64,000 nucleotides of DNA, taken from positions 1 to 64,000 of the forward strand of contig JBFOMH010000018.1 of the NCBI GenBank assembly GCA_040830765.1, in the 5' to 3' direction. The DNA comes from Puniceicoccaceae bacterium (GTDB lineage: Bacteria > Verrucomicrobiota > Verrucomicrobiia > Opitutales > Oceanipulchritudinaceae). Both the position numbers and the translations under genes were made by a program. Below are positions 49,001-57,248 of the stretch, piece after piece. The notes under the pieces are model-generated. The model did no database searches. It was not told where the DNA came from and saw only the letters and a list, made by a program, of their open reading frames with translations. Numbering within the stretch: the stretch's first letter is position 1; each line of letters opens with the position of its first letter.

Positions 49001-49188
49001 TTTTCAATCTCCCGCTGCTCCGCAACATCGATCTCGATCGCGATTGCCGCGATCCCGCCCACTGGCCCGCCCGGGAGGATGCCGAGAAGCGCGACCGCTG
49101 GCTCCACGGAGACTACCTCAGGCCCGCGCTTTCCCACGTCGCCCGCTTTTACCTGACCTGCGTTTCCAACATCAACAAATTGCCATGA
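46042..49188 (+). CDS. Large secreted protein with extracellular repeats and a C-terminal alpha/beta hydrolase domain
   Basis: Signal peptide; N..G.IVG-type repeats; DWNRDGSIDDTD and FWVNDDDD acidic motifs; HIHGYN, AHSLG nucleophile elbow and late WLHGDY histidine. Confidence 0.8.
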   Translation: MYRFLLLLPVILPAVTKSVAAQSLRAAYQFADGMAWSASVNLPGYDILDLGSGRVPLAVSDSGIVLLQGEDHRLIRWTWGREEVLLAGFVNPDTAFMNESGLAVAINPMEETIADVLYWNPGETAPNHLSWAGNLFRDPHFAELYALNDQGILALRAESTDNPFLLPPATLEIETNLIDLTGESWDEQSLYRYFNDIDLTLTQGGRLYAIEGLNNYGESIGLVYEDQAFSTAFEPDPVYAYQNQYFSLNGDTALDFEPLLINDAGTIVGRTLGPVHAFVVLDRFGQRYPGPLLDDDDATKIRMSNPVNGMEEIILGKNYWCRMQERDLLGNPLDVPSPDFWWGNVTDIVNDSGDWVQLEATCISANGRIAGTGWLYDPLQAAYARHGFLLVPPVLLPDWNRDGSIDDTDRRLCDSGQPLHFWVNDDDDSGDLSQTIADDQLDSPTPDWASPGIDGLRDVVDFFALQLDLQKILQAIGTSGSVEIILRQADEALNLVYTNLYPQDAGSIHREYLATGFGPAFTDSLDEAPTTNVTAAGISLAQSLIQNIRSENHGVLLFEALRPTQQPLVMELYRAGEMVLTSQLPLSIGSVRDMFRVINLRNADPKFAGVDPGPSATSTEDPPNLPDAFLKKLSPPLRTLVHIHGYNWSGHEIPAGHSEVFKRFFQAGSNARFVGVTWRGDEGTLDLTGSSFEYNENVINAFITAKYVKDSLTPFAGPRTAIFAHSLGNMVTSSAITDHELEAGLYFMTNAAVPEEAYAGETTNRRNMVPPEWKDEVELGVDYAEFLLSPNWYRLFPADDHRSFLKWKDRFASLSSQVSCINFYSSGEEVLKSGNGDLPSLLGDAANQERVWVFNEMVKGTETFLSNLVSDIHGGWGFNRYWMDWVDPGGAAHPPPGSWVPMSTSEAALINPPDLIPEPFFRKFSDGDSVFPLWGNGAWLYGDTATANAHLPALPLAGADIDQLKNHAKILAEAIPAHSDPTGSNPLFNLPLLRNIDLDRDCRDPAHWPAREDAEKRDRWLHGDYLRPALSHVARFYLTCVSNINKLP

Positions 49189-50126
49189 AAATTCTGATAC
49201 AACTCATCATCCTGCCCCTGCTCGTTTCCCTGGGCAGTGCCGCCTCCATTCCCCAGCTGGCAACAAAGCCGGTCCTATTTACCGTGAAAGACCACTCCGG
49301 TAAACCTGTGCCGGATGCTCTTGTCGAGGCTTCCCTCCCTGGGCCCGGCAATGCCTCCGCATCAACCGATGCATCCGGGGAAGCCGTCCTTGACCTCTCC
49401 GCCGGCGCGACCCTCCATGTCCATGTATCCAAGGATGGATACTATGCCACCAGTGGTGAAATCTGGATCGGAGGCATCTACCGGAATGAGGATGGCCGCA
49501 TTATCGCCCGGGAATTGCCGGACTCGCTGGAGATCACGCTCAAGCCCATCATCGATCCTGTCCCCATGAAGGTCACCCGCTACCGGGGTCACATTCCCAA
49601 AGTCAACAAGATGATCGGCTTCGACCTTGAACGCGGTGACTGGCTGGAACCGCACGGGACCGGCCGTGTACCTGACCTCCTCTTCCACCTCCATATGGAC
49701 AAAGGTAAAGCCGAATCATCCGGCCTGTTGACCATCCTCTTTCCCAACAAAGGGGACGGTGTCCAGCCGTTCCAGGCAGCCCGCCCCTATTCCACTGAAT
49801 TTGGCAGCAACCTGGCCCCGCCCCATGTGGCCCCGCTCAACGGCTACCGGCCCAACCTGACCCGGTCTTTCGAGGAGGAAGCGGCCGAATCCTTTAAGCA
49901 GGGGGTGCGCTCCTCGAGAAACTACCTCATCCGTACGCGGACCATTATCGATGCCGGTGGAACCATCCGTCAGGCCTGCTATGGCTGGCTCGAGGGAGAG
50001 GTCCTTTTCGATCCACGTGACCCCGAAGACCCCCAGCTGTCGTTCACCGCCTTCTTCAATCCCGATCCCCACCCGGATGCCCGTTCGCTGGAACGATTGG
50101 ATGGCTCCAACGGGCAGAGGGATTGA
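49185..50126 (+). CDS. Exported hypothetical protein with carboxypeptidase-regulatory-like N-terminal domain
   Basis: Signal peptide MKILIQLIIL..., V.D..GKPV.DA.V and KDGYY motifs; ATGA overlap with the upstream stop codon. Confidence 0.75.
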   Translation: MKILIQLIILPLLVSLGSAASIPQLATKPVLFTVKDHSGKPVPDALVEASLPGPGNASASTDASGEAVLDLSAGATLHVHVSKDGYYATSGEIWIGGIYRNEDGRIIARELPDSLEITLKPIIDPVPMKVTRYRGHIPKVNKMIGFDLERGDWLEPHGTGRVPDLLFHLHMDKGKAESSGLLTILFPNKGDGVQPFQAARPYSTEFGSNLAPPHVAPLNGYRPNLTRSFEEEAAESFKQGVRSSRNYLIRTRTIIDAGGTIRQACYGWLEGEVLFDPRDPEDPQLSFTAFFNPDPHPDARSLERLDGSNGQRD

Positions 50127-50212
50127 TTACCGGGAGATTTGAATTGGTAAAAACGCCCAATTATCGGTTTCACAAGCCAACGGGGCAACTGCCAATCCCC
50201 GTAATAAATTCA

Positions 50213-50225
50213 TAAGTTGTTGATA
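50213..50225 (-). promoter_or_regulatory. IHF-consensus site
   Basis: TATCAACAACTTA on the minus strand matches WATCAANNNNTTR exactly, within an AT-rich spacer. Confidence 0.45.
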
Positions 50226-50283
50226 AATAATACCCTAAGTATAATTACTTAAAGTTGGCACATTTCCTTCATAGAAGGAAGCC

Positions 50284-50757
50284 ATGATCGCAACGATTAT
50301 TGCCAGCTTCTTCATCGCGTTTGGTATTCTCGGCACCCTGCTCCCCATTTTGCCGGGCACAGCCATCGCCTTCACCGGCATCGCCCTTCACAAGCTCCTG
50401 CTTGGGGAAGCCTCCGTCTCCTGGGGCTTTGTCACCTTCGCCCTCGCCATTACGGTCCTCACCATCCTCATCGACATCTATTGCACCTGGTGGGGTGCAC
50501 GGCGCTTCGGTGCTACCTGGTTCGGGGCCAGCGGTGCCGTCATCGGCGCGCTCATCGGGATGCTTTTCTTCAGCCTTCCCGGCCTCATCATCGGGCCCAT
50601 TGTCGGCGCGGTCCTCTTTGAATTGCTGGCCAGCCGTGACGGCTCCGATGCCACCCGCGCTGGCTTCGGCACCATCGTCGGCTCCGTCCTCGCCCTTGTC
50701 CTCAAACTCGGTCTCACCGTCGGCATGGGCGCCGCCTTCTACCTGGCGCTGATATAA
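50284..50757 (+). CDS. DUF456-family membrane protein
   Basis: G..LP.LPG, GA.RFG.T..G..GA.IG, GP.VGA...E pattern. Confidence 0.8.
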   Translation: MIATIIASFFIAFGILGTLLPILPGTAIAFTGIALHKLLLGEASVSWGFVTFALAITVLTILIDIYCTWWGARRFGATWFGASGAVIGALIGMLFFSLPGLIIGPIVGAVLFELLASRDGSDATRAGFGTIVGSVLALVLKLGLTVGMGAAFYLALI

Positions 50758-50786
50758 GGGTCAGCCCTTGGATTTTGTTCTCTTGG

Positions 50787-51890
50787 TCAGTAACCGTACC
50801 GGCAATCCCGGGCGGCCTCGGCAAAGGCGAACAGGTTCCCCACAGGTGTCGTAAAGAAGTGATCGGAGGCGGAACAGATGTAGCCGCCATCCTTGCCATA
50901 GGAGGAAAAAAGGGCCCGGACTTCTGCGCCGATCTGCTCCGGGGTGCCATCCGTGAGGATGCCTCCCTGGTCAAGTCCGCCGATGAGGGCCACTTTGGAA
51001 CCAAGGACCTGCTTGACCTCTTCGCGCAACGACTCATCAAGGTCGCCCCCCACGCCCGGCGGGGAAAGCGTCTCGCTGGCGGTACAGCCATTCTCGGGAA
51101 TATCCTCGAGGATGGCCTTCATCCCACCACAGGTATGGTAGGCCACAGGAAAGCCCTCCTCGGCCAAGGCGGCAATGACCTGCTTGTCGTAGGGAATGCA
51201 AAACTCCCGGAACATGGCCGGGCTGATGACGGTTGTGCTGGCCGCCCCACCCCCGTGCTCGATGAGGTCCCACTGGCCGCCGGTCATCTGTTCATGAATG
51301 TAGCGAACGCGGATATCGGTCAGCCGCTGGAGGACTGAATGGATGTATTCCGGTTCATCGAGGGCCCAGAGAATGGCATCCTCCGTGCCGACCAGCTCCA
51401 CAAAATCCTGCCAGGTCCCCGGCTGCCCCCAGTGGGTCACAAATCCACGGACAATGCCATGGTCGCCCGTCCGCTCGTACCACTCCGCAAGGGCCTCGCA
51501 GTCAAAGGTCGTCCCCGGCCAGTGGTTCAGGAAGCGTTCCATGTCGGCCTCATCCTTGACCGGATGCTCGATCAGAAAGGACGTGAACTCGTCTTGCGCA
51601 CTGACATAGCTCAGTTCGCCCTCCGGGGTTGCGACCGTGGTCCGGACCGCATTGGGAATGCGGGGAGTCGGTTCTGGTTTCCGGGTCTCAATCCAATTCT
51701 TGCTGGTCAGCGGCTGACTGACCCAGGGCGTCACCGAGGCATCGAGTCCAGTTTTAAGGAAGGCCTCCAACTGGTCACATCCGTTCATGAAGTTCTCCAG
51801 ATGGTAGGCCTGCCATTGATGGATGGTAGCCGGGAGCCTGTCCGGCTTGCCCCCGTGCAGGGCAGTCATCATGCGTTCCTTTGGGGTCAT
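50787..51890 (-). CDS. Uroporphyrinogen decarboxylase-like (URO-D/MtaA/CmuA family) protein
   Basis: MTPKER...AL.G..PDRLP, ISP.MFREF..PY, YHTCG, GGLDQ, GTPEQI and GGYI. Confidence 0.85.
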   Translation of the reverse strand: MTPKERMMTALHGGKPDRLPATIHQWQAYHLENFMNGCDQLEAFLKTGLDASVTPWVSQPLTSKNWIETRKPEPTPRIPNAVRTTVATPEGELSYVSAQDEFTSFLIEHPVKDEADMERFLNHWPGTTFDCEALAEWYERTGDHGIVRGFVTHWGQPGTWQDFVELVGTEDAILWALDEPEYIHSVLQRLTDIRVRYIHEQMTGGQWDLIEHGGGAASTTVISPAMFREFCIPYDKQVIAALAEEGFPVAYHTCGGMKAILEDIPENGCTASETLSPPGVGGDLDESLREEVKQVLGSKVALIGGLDQGGILTDGTPEQIGAEVRALFSSYGKDGGYICSASDHFFTTPVGNLFAFAEAARDCRYGY

Positions 51891-52043
51891 GGGTAATGCT
51901 GTGACCTGAGTATGTCGGGAAATTGAAAATTCGGAAACGCTTTTCTGTTTTACCTTAAACCATCAATGATCATCGGCTTTAAAATGCAATCTGGCCAATT
52001 GCTGTAAGAACCGGCATACTGGAAACGAACTCAATATTCAGCC

Positions 52044-55000
52044 ATGTTACCGGATACCCCCTTTCTCCAACTGGTTCCCGCCCGTGCCAAGGCCGCCCAA
52101 CAACGCATGCGGGAAGAAATCTGGTCACCCGTTCAATCCCTCCCCGTCGAGTGGGCCGGATCATCGAGGGAACATGTCTCCCTCCGGGAAGTAAAACAGC
52201 GCAAGCGCACGCGAATCAAGGCCCCCTTCCGCTGGGGTAAGATGGAAGACCAGACATGGTTTCATATACAGATACCCCCGGCCATCCGGGATGGTCATCA
52301 CTTTCTCGAATGGAAGGAACAGGGGGAGTCGACCGCCTACATTGGCGGACTGCCCTTTGCCGGTCTGGATGTGGCCCACCATGAATGCCGCATTCCCAAG
52401 GGTTGCCGGGAGATATGGATGGAAGTCATGGCCCTCGAGACGGGCATCTGGCTGACCCCGCCACCGGCCCGCCCGGCCATCAATGACAATGGGTGCCGGT
52501 TCAGCGGTGCCACCGCCAAGCAGCGCAACGACCTCGCCTGGGAAGTCTGCCATGACTTCGAGGTCCTGCTCGATTTGCTGGAGGACGAATACAACCGGCA
52601 ACCTGAGCTCCGCACACCATTCGGGCAGGCGGTCGGTCATGCCAGCCCGCTGGAGGCCGTCAGCGTTCTCTACCGGAGGCTGGCCCGGCATCTGGAGAAT
52701 GCTGTCAACGCCTACGACAATGGCGGGCTTGCGGCCGTCCAGAAATCACTGAAAAGCACCTACGCCTCCCTCCGCGGACAGGCCGAGGCCATCCGTTGCC
52801 GATTGACGGGCCATTCCCACATGGACCTGGTGTGGCTCTGGACAGAGAAGGCCTCCTCCTTCAAGGCAGTCCACACCTTTGCCACCATCAATCGCCTGAT
52901 GGAGGACTATCCGGAACTGCACTTTGGCTACAGCCAACCCGCCAGTTACCGGGCGGTGGAAAAACGATCCCCCCCGCTGATGAAGGCTGTCCGCCAGCGC
53001 ATCCAATCCGGCCGTTGGGAACCGGTCGGGGCAGCTGACGTGGAGTTTGATACATTACTCCCATGCGGGGAGGCCCTGGTCCGCGCCATTCTCGTCGGAC
53101 AGGAAGGCTTTCAGGACCTGCAGGGTAAACCTTCAGAAATCCTCTGGCTGCCGGATGTCTTTGGTTACAGTGACGCCCTCCCGCAGATCCTTGAGCAGAC
53201 CGGGGTGAAGTACTTCTTTACGACCAAGCTGCACTGGAATTCCATTAGCAAGTTTCCCTACAGCAGTTTCATCTGGCAGGGACCGGACGGTTCGGAAGTA
53301 CTGGCCAATGTCATTGAAGGCTCCGGATTCAACATGAATGTCAAGCCGGGCGAAATACGCAAAGGGGCCACCGAGTACCGGCAGGCGGATGTCCATGACG
53401 AATTCCTCATGCCCTGCGGCTTTGGAGACGGAGGTGGAGGGGTTACCCCGGAAATGTGCGAGCGGGCCCGCCGGCTCCAGGACCTTGCCGGCACCCCGCA
53501 GTCCGCATGGGGCCGCATTGACGAATTCTTTGCCGGATTGGAGACTGTTCGCAAACAGCTGCCCTCCCATCGGGGTGAGCTTTACCTGCAATTTCACCGT
53601 GGAATTCTCACCACTCATGGGGAATTGAAAGCAAGATTCCGAGCTGCCGAGCGGTCACTCCAGACATGGGAAGCCGCCCATTGCGCGAGAGGTAGGGGCA
53701 ATATCGATACACATGCCTGGAAGCGGATGATCTTCGCTCAATTCCATGACTACATCCCCGGAAGCTCCATCCCTGAGGTCTATAAGGAAGCGCTTCCCGA
53801 GCTAAAGACCCTCGCCGATAAAGGCCTGTCCGCGACAAAAAAGGTCCTTTCCAGAAAAGGCGGAAAAAACTGCCTATTCAATCCCCTTCCCCTTTCGCGC
53901 AACGTCATCTTCCGCGGAAAAGTGCGCTCCCTCCCACCGCTCTGCGGGAAGCAACTGACCGATCTGGCAAAGCTTGAAACTCCGGAAGTCGCGGCAACCT
54001 CCAGTACTCTCTCCAATGGAAGGGTCGCCGTCCGCTTCGACCAACAGGGGCGTATTCGTTCCATGCGGGTTGATGGAAATGCTATCCCACAGAAGGCAGC
54101 CATGGGACAACTCATGCTCTATCCGGACCACCCCCACGCCTTCGAGGCATGGGAAATAGACCGTTCCACTCTCACGGCGGGATCGTTGGTCACCGGCCTG
54201 AGTTTTGTTGAGGCACATTGCTCGGAAAGTTGCGGGTGCCTTGTCTTTGCCGGACAACTGGGACAAGGCAGCCAAGTCCGGATTGAATACATCCTCGAGG
54301 CCGCTAGTCCTGTATTGAAAATTGAATACACGATCGACTGGCGGGAACGGGAGCAGCTCCTCAAGGTTTTCTTTCCCACGGACTTCAATGGTTCCCGAGC
54401 CCGCTTCGGGAGTCCCTTTGGCAGTACACCCCGCTCACAGCAGCCGGGCAAGGTTGATGACGAGGCACAGTGGGAAGTTGCCGGAAGCCGCTGGGCCATG
54501 GTCAGCGACGACAGTGAGCAGGAGGGTCTTTTCGTTATCTCCCAGGCCAAGTATGGCTGGACCGCCCGCAGCGGAAACCTTGGACTTAGCCTCCTCCGTA
54601 GTGCCCGTACGCCGACCACGCAGCGTTTGGAGTCCGGTCAGGAGGACCTCTCCAGCAAGCACTTCTCCGACATGGGGCAGCAAACCATGCGCATCGCCAT
54701 TGGACGATTTGACGCCCCAAGTCCGCGCGAGGAGCTTCCCGCCGCCCTTGCCGAATCGCTCTATACCCCACCTGTTTCATATGTCGGTCACCCTTGCTCC
54801 TGCGGGTTGCAGGGCCTCGAGGGTGGTGAATCCCTCCTTCCTTGCTGGGCCAAGCCGGAAGGAAACAACAACTGGACGCTTCGTCTTCACGAGACACTCG
54901 GTCGACGCGGCTCGGCCCTTCTACGCCTCGAACCGGGCTGGTCGGCACTCAGGATCGGCCTCTGCGGGAATCCTGTGAAACCACAGCCAAAGGGCGGGCG

Positions 55001-55052
55001 GATAAAATTCAAGCCCTACGAATTGCTATCCCTGCTAATTTCCAAGGATTGA
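52044..55052 (+). CDS. Alpha-mannosidase, GH38
   Basis: GHSHMDLVWLW, WLPDVFGYS..LPQI, FGDGGGG, GELYL.FHRG and QFHD.IPGSSI. Confidence 0.92.
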   Translation: MLPDTPFLQLVPARAKAAQQRMREEIWSPVQSLPVEWAGSSREHVSLREVKQRKRTRIKAPFRWGKMEDQTWFHIQIPPAIRDGHHFLEWKEQGESTAYIGGLPFAGLDVAHHECRIPKGCREIWMEVMALETGIWLTPPPARPAINDNGCRFSGATAKQRNDLAWEVCHDFEVLLDLLEDEYNRQPELRTPFGQAVGHASPLEAVSVLYRRLARHLENAVNAYDNGGLAAVQKSLKSTYASLRGQAEAIRCRLTGHSHMDLVWLWTEKASSFKAVHTFATINRLMEDYPELHFGYSQPASYRAVEKRSPPLMKAVRQRIQSGRWEPVGAADVEFDTLLPCGEALVRAILVGQEGFQDLQGKPSEILWLPDVFGYSDALPQILEQTGVKYFFTTKLHWNSISKFPYSSFIWQGPDGSEVLANVIEGSGFNMNVKPGEIRKGATEYRQADVHDEFLMPCGFGDGGGGVTPEMCERARRLQDLAGTPQSAWGRIDEFFAGLETVRKQLPSHRGELYLQFHRGILTTHGELKARFRAAERSLQTWEAAHCARGRGNIDTHAWKRMIFAQFHDYIPGSSIPEVYKEALPELKTLADKGLSATKKVLSRKGGKNCLFNPLPLSRNVIFRGKVRSLPPLCGKQLTDLAKLETPEVAATSSTLSNGRVAVRFDQQGRIRSMRVDGNAIPQKAAMGQLMLYPDHPHAFEAWEIDRSTLTAGSLVTGLSFVEAHCSESCGCLVFAGQLGQGSQVRIEYILEAASPVLKIEYTIDWREREQLLKVFFPTDFNGSRARFGSPFGSTPRSQQPGKVDDEAQWEVAGSRWAMVSDDSEQEGLFVISQAKYGWTARSGNLGLSLLRSARTPTTQRLESGQEDLSSKHFSDMGQQTMRIAIGRFDAPSPREELPAALAESLYTPPVSYVGHPCSCGLQGLEGGESLLPCWAKPEGNNNWTLRLHETLGRRGSALLRLEPGWSALRIGLCGNPVKPQPKGGRIKFKPYELLSLLISKD

Positions 55053-55056
55053 CGAC

Positions 55057-55971
55057 TTAGCTCGGCTTGCCCAATTCAACGGCAATCCGGCCTGCTTTCC
55101 CTGCATTGTTTTTCAACAGGGCAAGATTGGCGTCCCGGGACTTGCCTTCCGTCAGTTCAGCGACACGGGCCAGCAGGTGCGGCGTTATGTCCTTGCCTCG
55201 GATTCCTTGGTCCTCCGCTTCCTTTACAGCTCGCTCGATCGCTGCCTCGCAGGCCTCGCGCGGCATCTCCGCCTCTTGCGGAACCGGGACCGTCACTAAC
55301 ATGCCTCCCCGCAGTCCGAAATCCAGGGAAGCACGGAAAATCCGTGCCACTTCAGCCACGTCTTCCGCCCGGTGGTCCACTGGCAACCCGCTGTCGGAAT
55401 AATAGAAGGCCGAAAAGGTGTCTGTCTCCAATCCGATGACCGGGACCCCTTTTGTCTCGAGGTACTCCACCGTCAACGGTAGGTCCAGAATCGACTTGGC
55501 TCCGGAGCAGACCACCGCCACCGGGGTCCGGCCCAATTCCTCCAAGTCGGCCGAGACATCGTGCGGGTTGCCCCGGTGAACCCCGCCGATGCCCCCCGTG
55601 GCAAAGACCCGGATACCCGCCTTGTGAGCAACCAGCATCGTCCCGGCCACCGTCGTCCCGGCATGCTCCCCGGTCGCCATGGCAATGGCAAAGTCCCGCC
55701 GGCTGCACTTGCGGACGGAATCGGCCGGCAACTGCGCCAGCGTTTCAATCTCTTCCTCCGTCAATCCGACCGTCACCCGGCCACCGACGACACCAATCGT
55801 CGCTGGAATTGCCCCGGCTTCGCGGACCGCTGCTTCCATCGCCAGAGCTGTCTCAGCATTCTCCGGCCATGGCAGCCCATGCGTGATGACCGTCGACTCC
55901 AGCGCTACCACGGGCTGGCCCCCGGAAAGGGCGGCCTCGATATCGGGTCTTAAATAAATTTTGGAACTCAT
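55057..55971 (-). CDS. psuG: Pseudouridine-5'-phosphate glycosidase
   Basis: VVALESTVITHG.P.P.N, FATGGIGGVHRG, DVSADL.EL, GAKSILD and GKDITP.LL. Confidence 0.95.
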   Translation of the reverse strand: MSSKIYLRPDIEAALSGGQPVVALESTVITHGLPWPENAETALAMEAAVREAGAIPATIGVVGGRVTVGLTEEEIETLAQLPADSVRKCSRRDFAIAMATGEHAGTTVAGTMLVAHKAGIRVFATGGIGGVHRGNPHDVSADLEELGRTPVAVVCSGAKSILDLPLTVEYLETKGVPVIGLETDTFSAFYYSDSGLPVDHRAEDVAEVARIFRASLDFGLRGGMLVTVPVPQEAEMPREACEAAIERAVKEAEDQGIRGKDITPHLLARVAELTEGKSRDANLALLKNNAGKAGRIAVELGKPS

Positions 55972-56049
55972 CGTGAAGGTTCTATGGACAATCCATTTTT
56001 GGGGAATTTCGATAGCTTGTCGACGGGTCCGCAAGCCGTCAACCGGGAC

Positions 56050-56700
56050 TCAATAGGAAAGGAGGTCAATGACGGGAAAGGTGTCCGCCTCCAGGGTTCG
56101 TTGTCCCGCTCCGGTGGGCGTGCCCCGCAATTCAACTCCGCTCAATCCAGTCAAAGGACTATTGGAACTGTTCAGGGATTCCGGAAGTCGCGATTTCAAG
56201 AGCCCGCCCCCCCAGGTCAGGCTGGCGGGGGATTCCGTCAAGTCCCCGGTATCCACCACACTCATGACCGCAATGATGAACTGGATACTGTTGCCCCGCC
56301 CGAGGTCCTCCGTCCATTCACGATAACCGCTCTGGGTTAAACGGCCATCATGGTCAAACAGCAGGATCAGGACCTGGCGTTCGGCTTCGGCCGAGCCAAT
56401 GGCAAACTTGAAATACCGCAACAACGGAGTATTCACCGAAAGGCCGAGTTGCCGCTCATTGATCACAGTGTGTTCGTAAAGGAAGGCATACCCGGAATCC
56501 AATGCGCCAATCTGAATCGGCGGGCCCAGGGTGTTCAAAACCTCGTGGGAAGTCAGGGCCGATGAAGCAGTTTGTTCCGGTGCAGTCAGGGTAATGCCCC
56601 GTTCTTCCCGGACCATCGTGCACCCGGAGACCAGTATCAGGGTAAACCCGGCTGCAAGGGCTCTCATGAGCCCTGCATGGATTGTCTGGAGCGGCTTCAA
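56050..56700 (-). CDS. Putative lipoprotein (SmpA/BamE-like fold possible)
   Basis: Lipobox LVSGC; VLNTLGPP..I and LILLFD..G.L motifs. Confidence 0.6.
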   Translation of the reverse strand: MKPLQTIHAGLMRALAAGFTLILVSGCTMVREERGITLTAPEQTASSALTSHEVLNTLGPPIQIGALDSGYAFLYEHTVINERQLGLSVNTPLLRYFKFAIGSAEAERQVLILLFDHDGRLTQSGYREWTEDLGRGNSIQFIIAVMSVVDTGDLTESPASLTWGGGLLKSRLPESLNSSNSPLTGLSGVELRGTPTGAGQRTLEADTFPVIDLLSY

Positions 56701-57080
56701 TCTGCCGGTTTCTCCTTGCTGTAGGAATATTCGGTCAGGATGCCCTCACTGTCGAAAAAGAACACCGCGCGATCGTATTCCACTTCGAGATTACCCGTGT
56801 TGTAGAGGATGAAAATTTTCGCCGACCCGGCCCCCCGCTCACGCAGGTAATAAAGTACCGTTCCCTCATGCAGGGCAATGATTTGAGAGGGCGGCCCCAG
56901 GGCTTCCAGAACCGCCGTCTTGGTTGTAACGCCCCGCTCCCAGGCAATGGCACCATCTCCCTCGAAGGGGCTACTGACTCCCTGGACCGTCGTGAAGTTG
57001 GCACATCCGGACAAAATAAGGAACACCGTCATCACCAGTATGAACCGGAATAAACTTATCAAAGGCCTGCGATCACTCAT
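56697..57080 (-). CDS. Putative SmpA/BamE-like lipoprotein
   Basis: Lipobox ILSGC; GVTTK..VL..LGPP and FFFD.EGIL..Y. Confidence 0.65.
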   Translation of the reverse strand: MSDRRPLISLFRFILVMTVFLILSGCANFTTVQGVSSPFEGDGAIAWERGVTTKTAVLEALGPPSQIIALHEGTVLYYLRERGAGSAKIFILYNTGNLEVEYDRAVFFFDSEGILTEYSYSKEKPAD

Positions 57081-57248
57081 ACGAGTGGTTAAACAGGATA
57101 GACTTAAAAGAGTCGAGCCCGGACTCTGGTGACGGGACAAACTTGGTTGATTATTGAAAAAGATTTGGATAGGCACTTCTTAGGACAGCCGATTCCTCCC
57201 CCAAGTGAACCGAGATTGATTAAAAACCCAAAGCAGGACAGCACAGCC

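Noticed and set aside
48855..49184. N-terminal 110 aa of the 423-aa ORF in the supplied track
   Set aside because: It overlaps the hydrolase gene; the signal peptide and ATGA coupling point to a start at 49185.
56012..56030. AGCTTGTCGA as an att duplicate of the tRNA-Val trailer, defining an island
   Set aside because: Only a 10-bp match, it excludes the tRNA 3' end, and no integrase is nearby.
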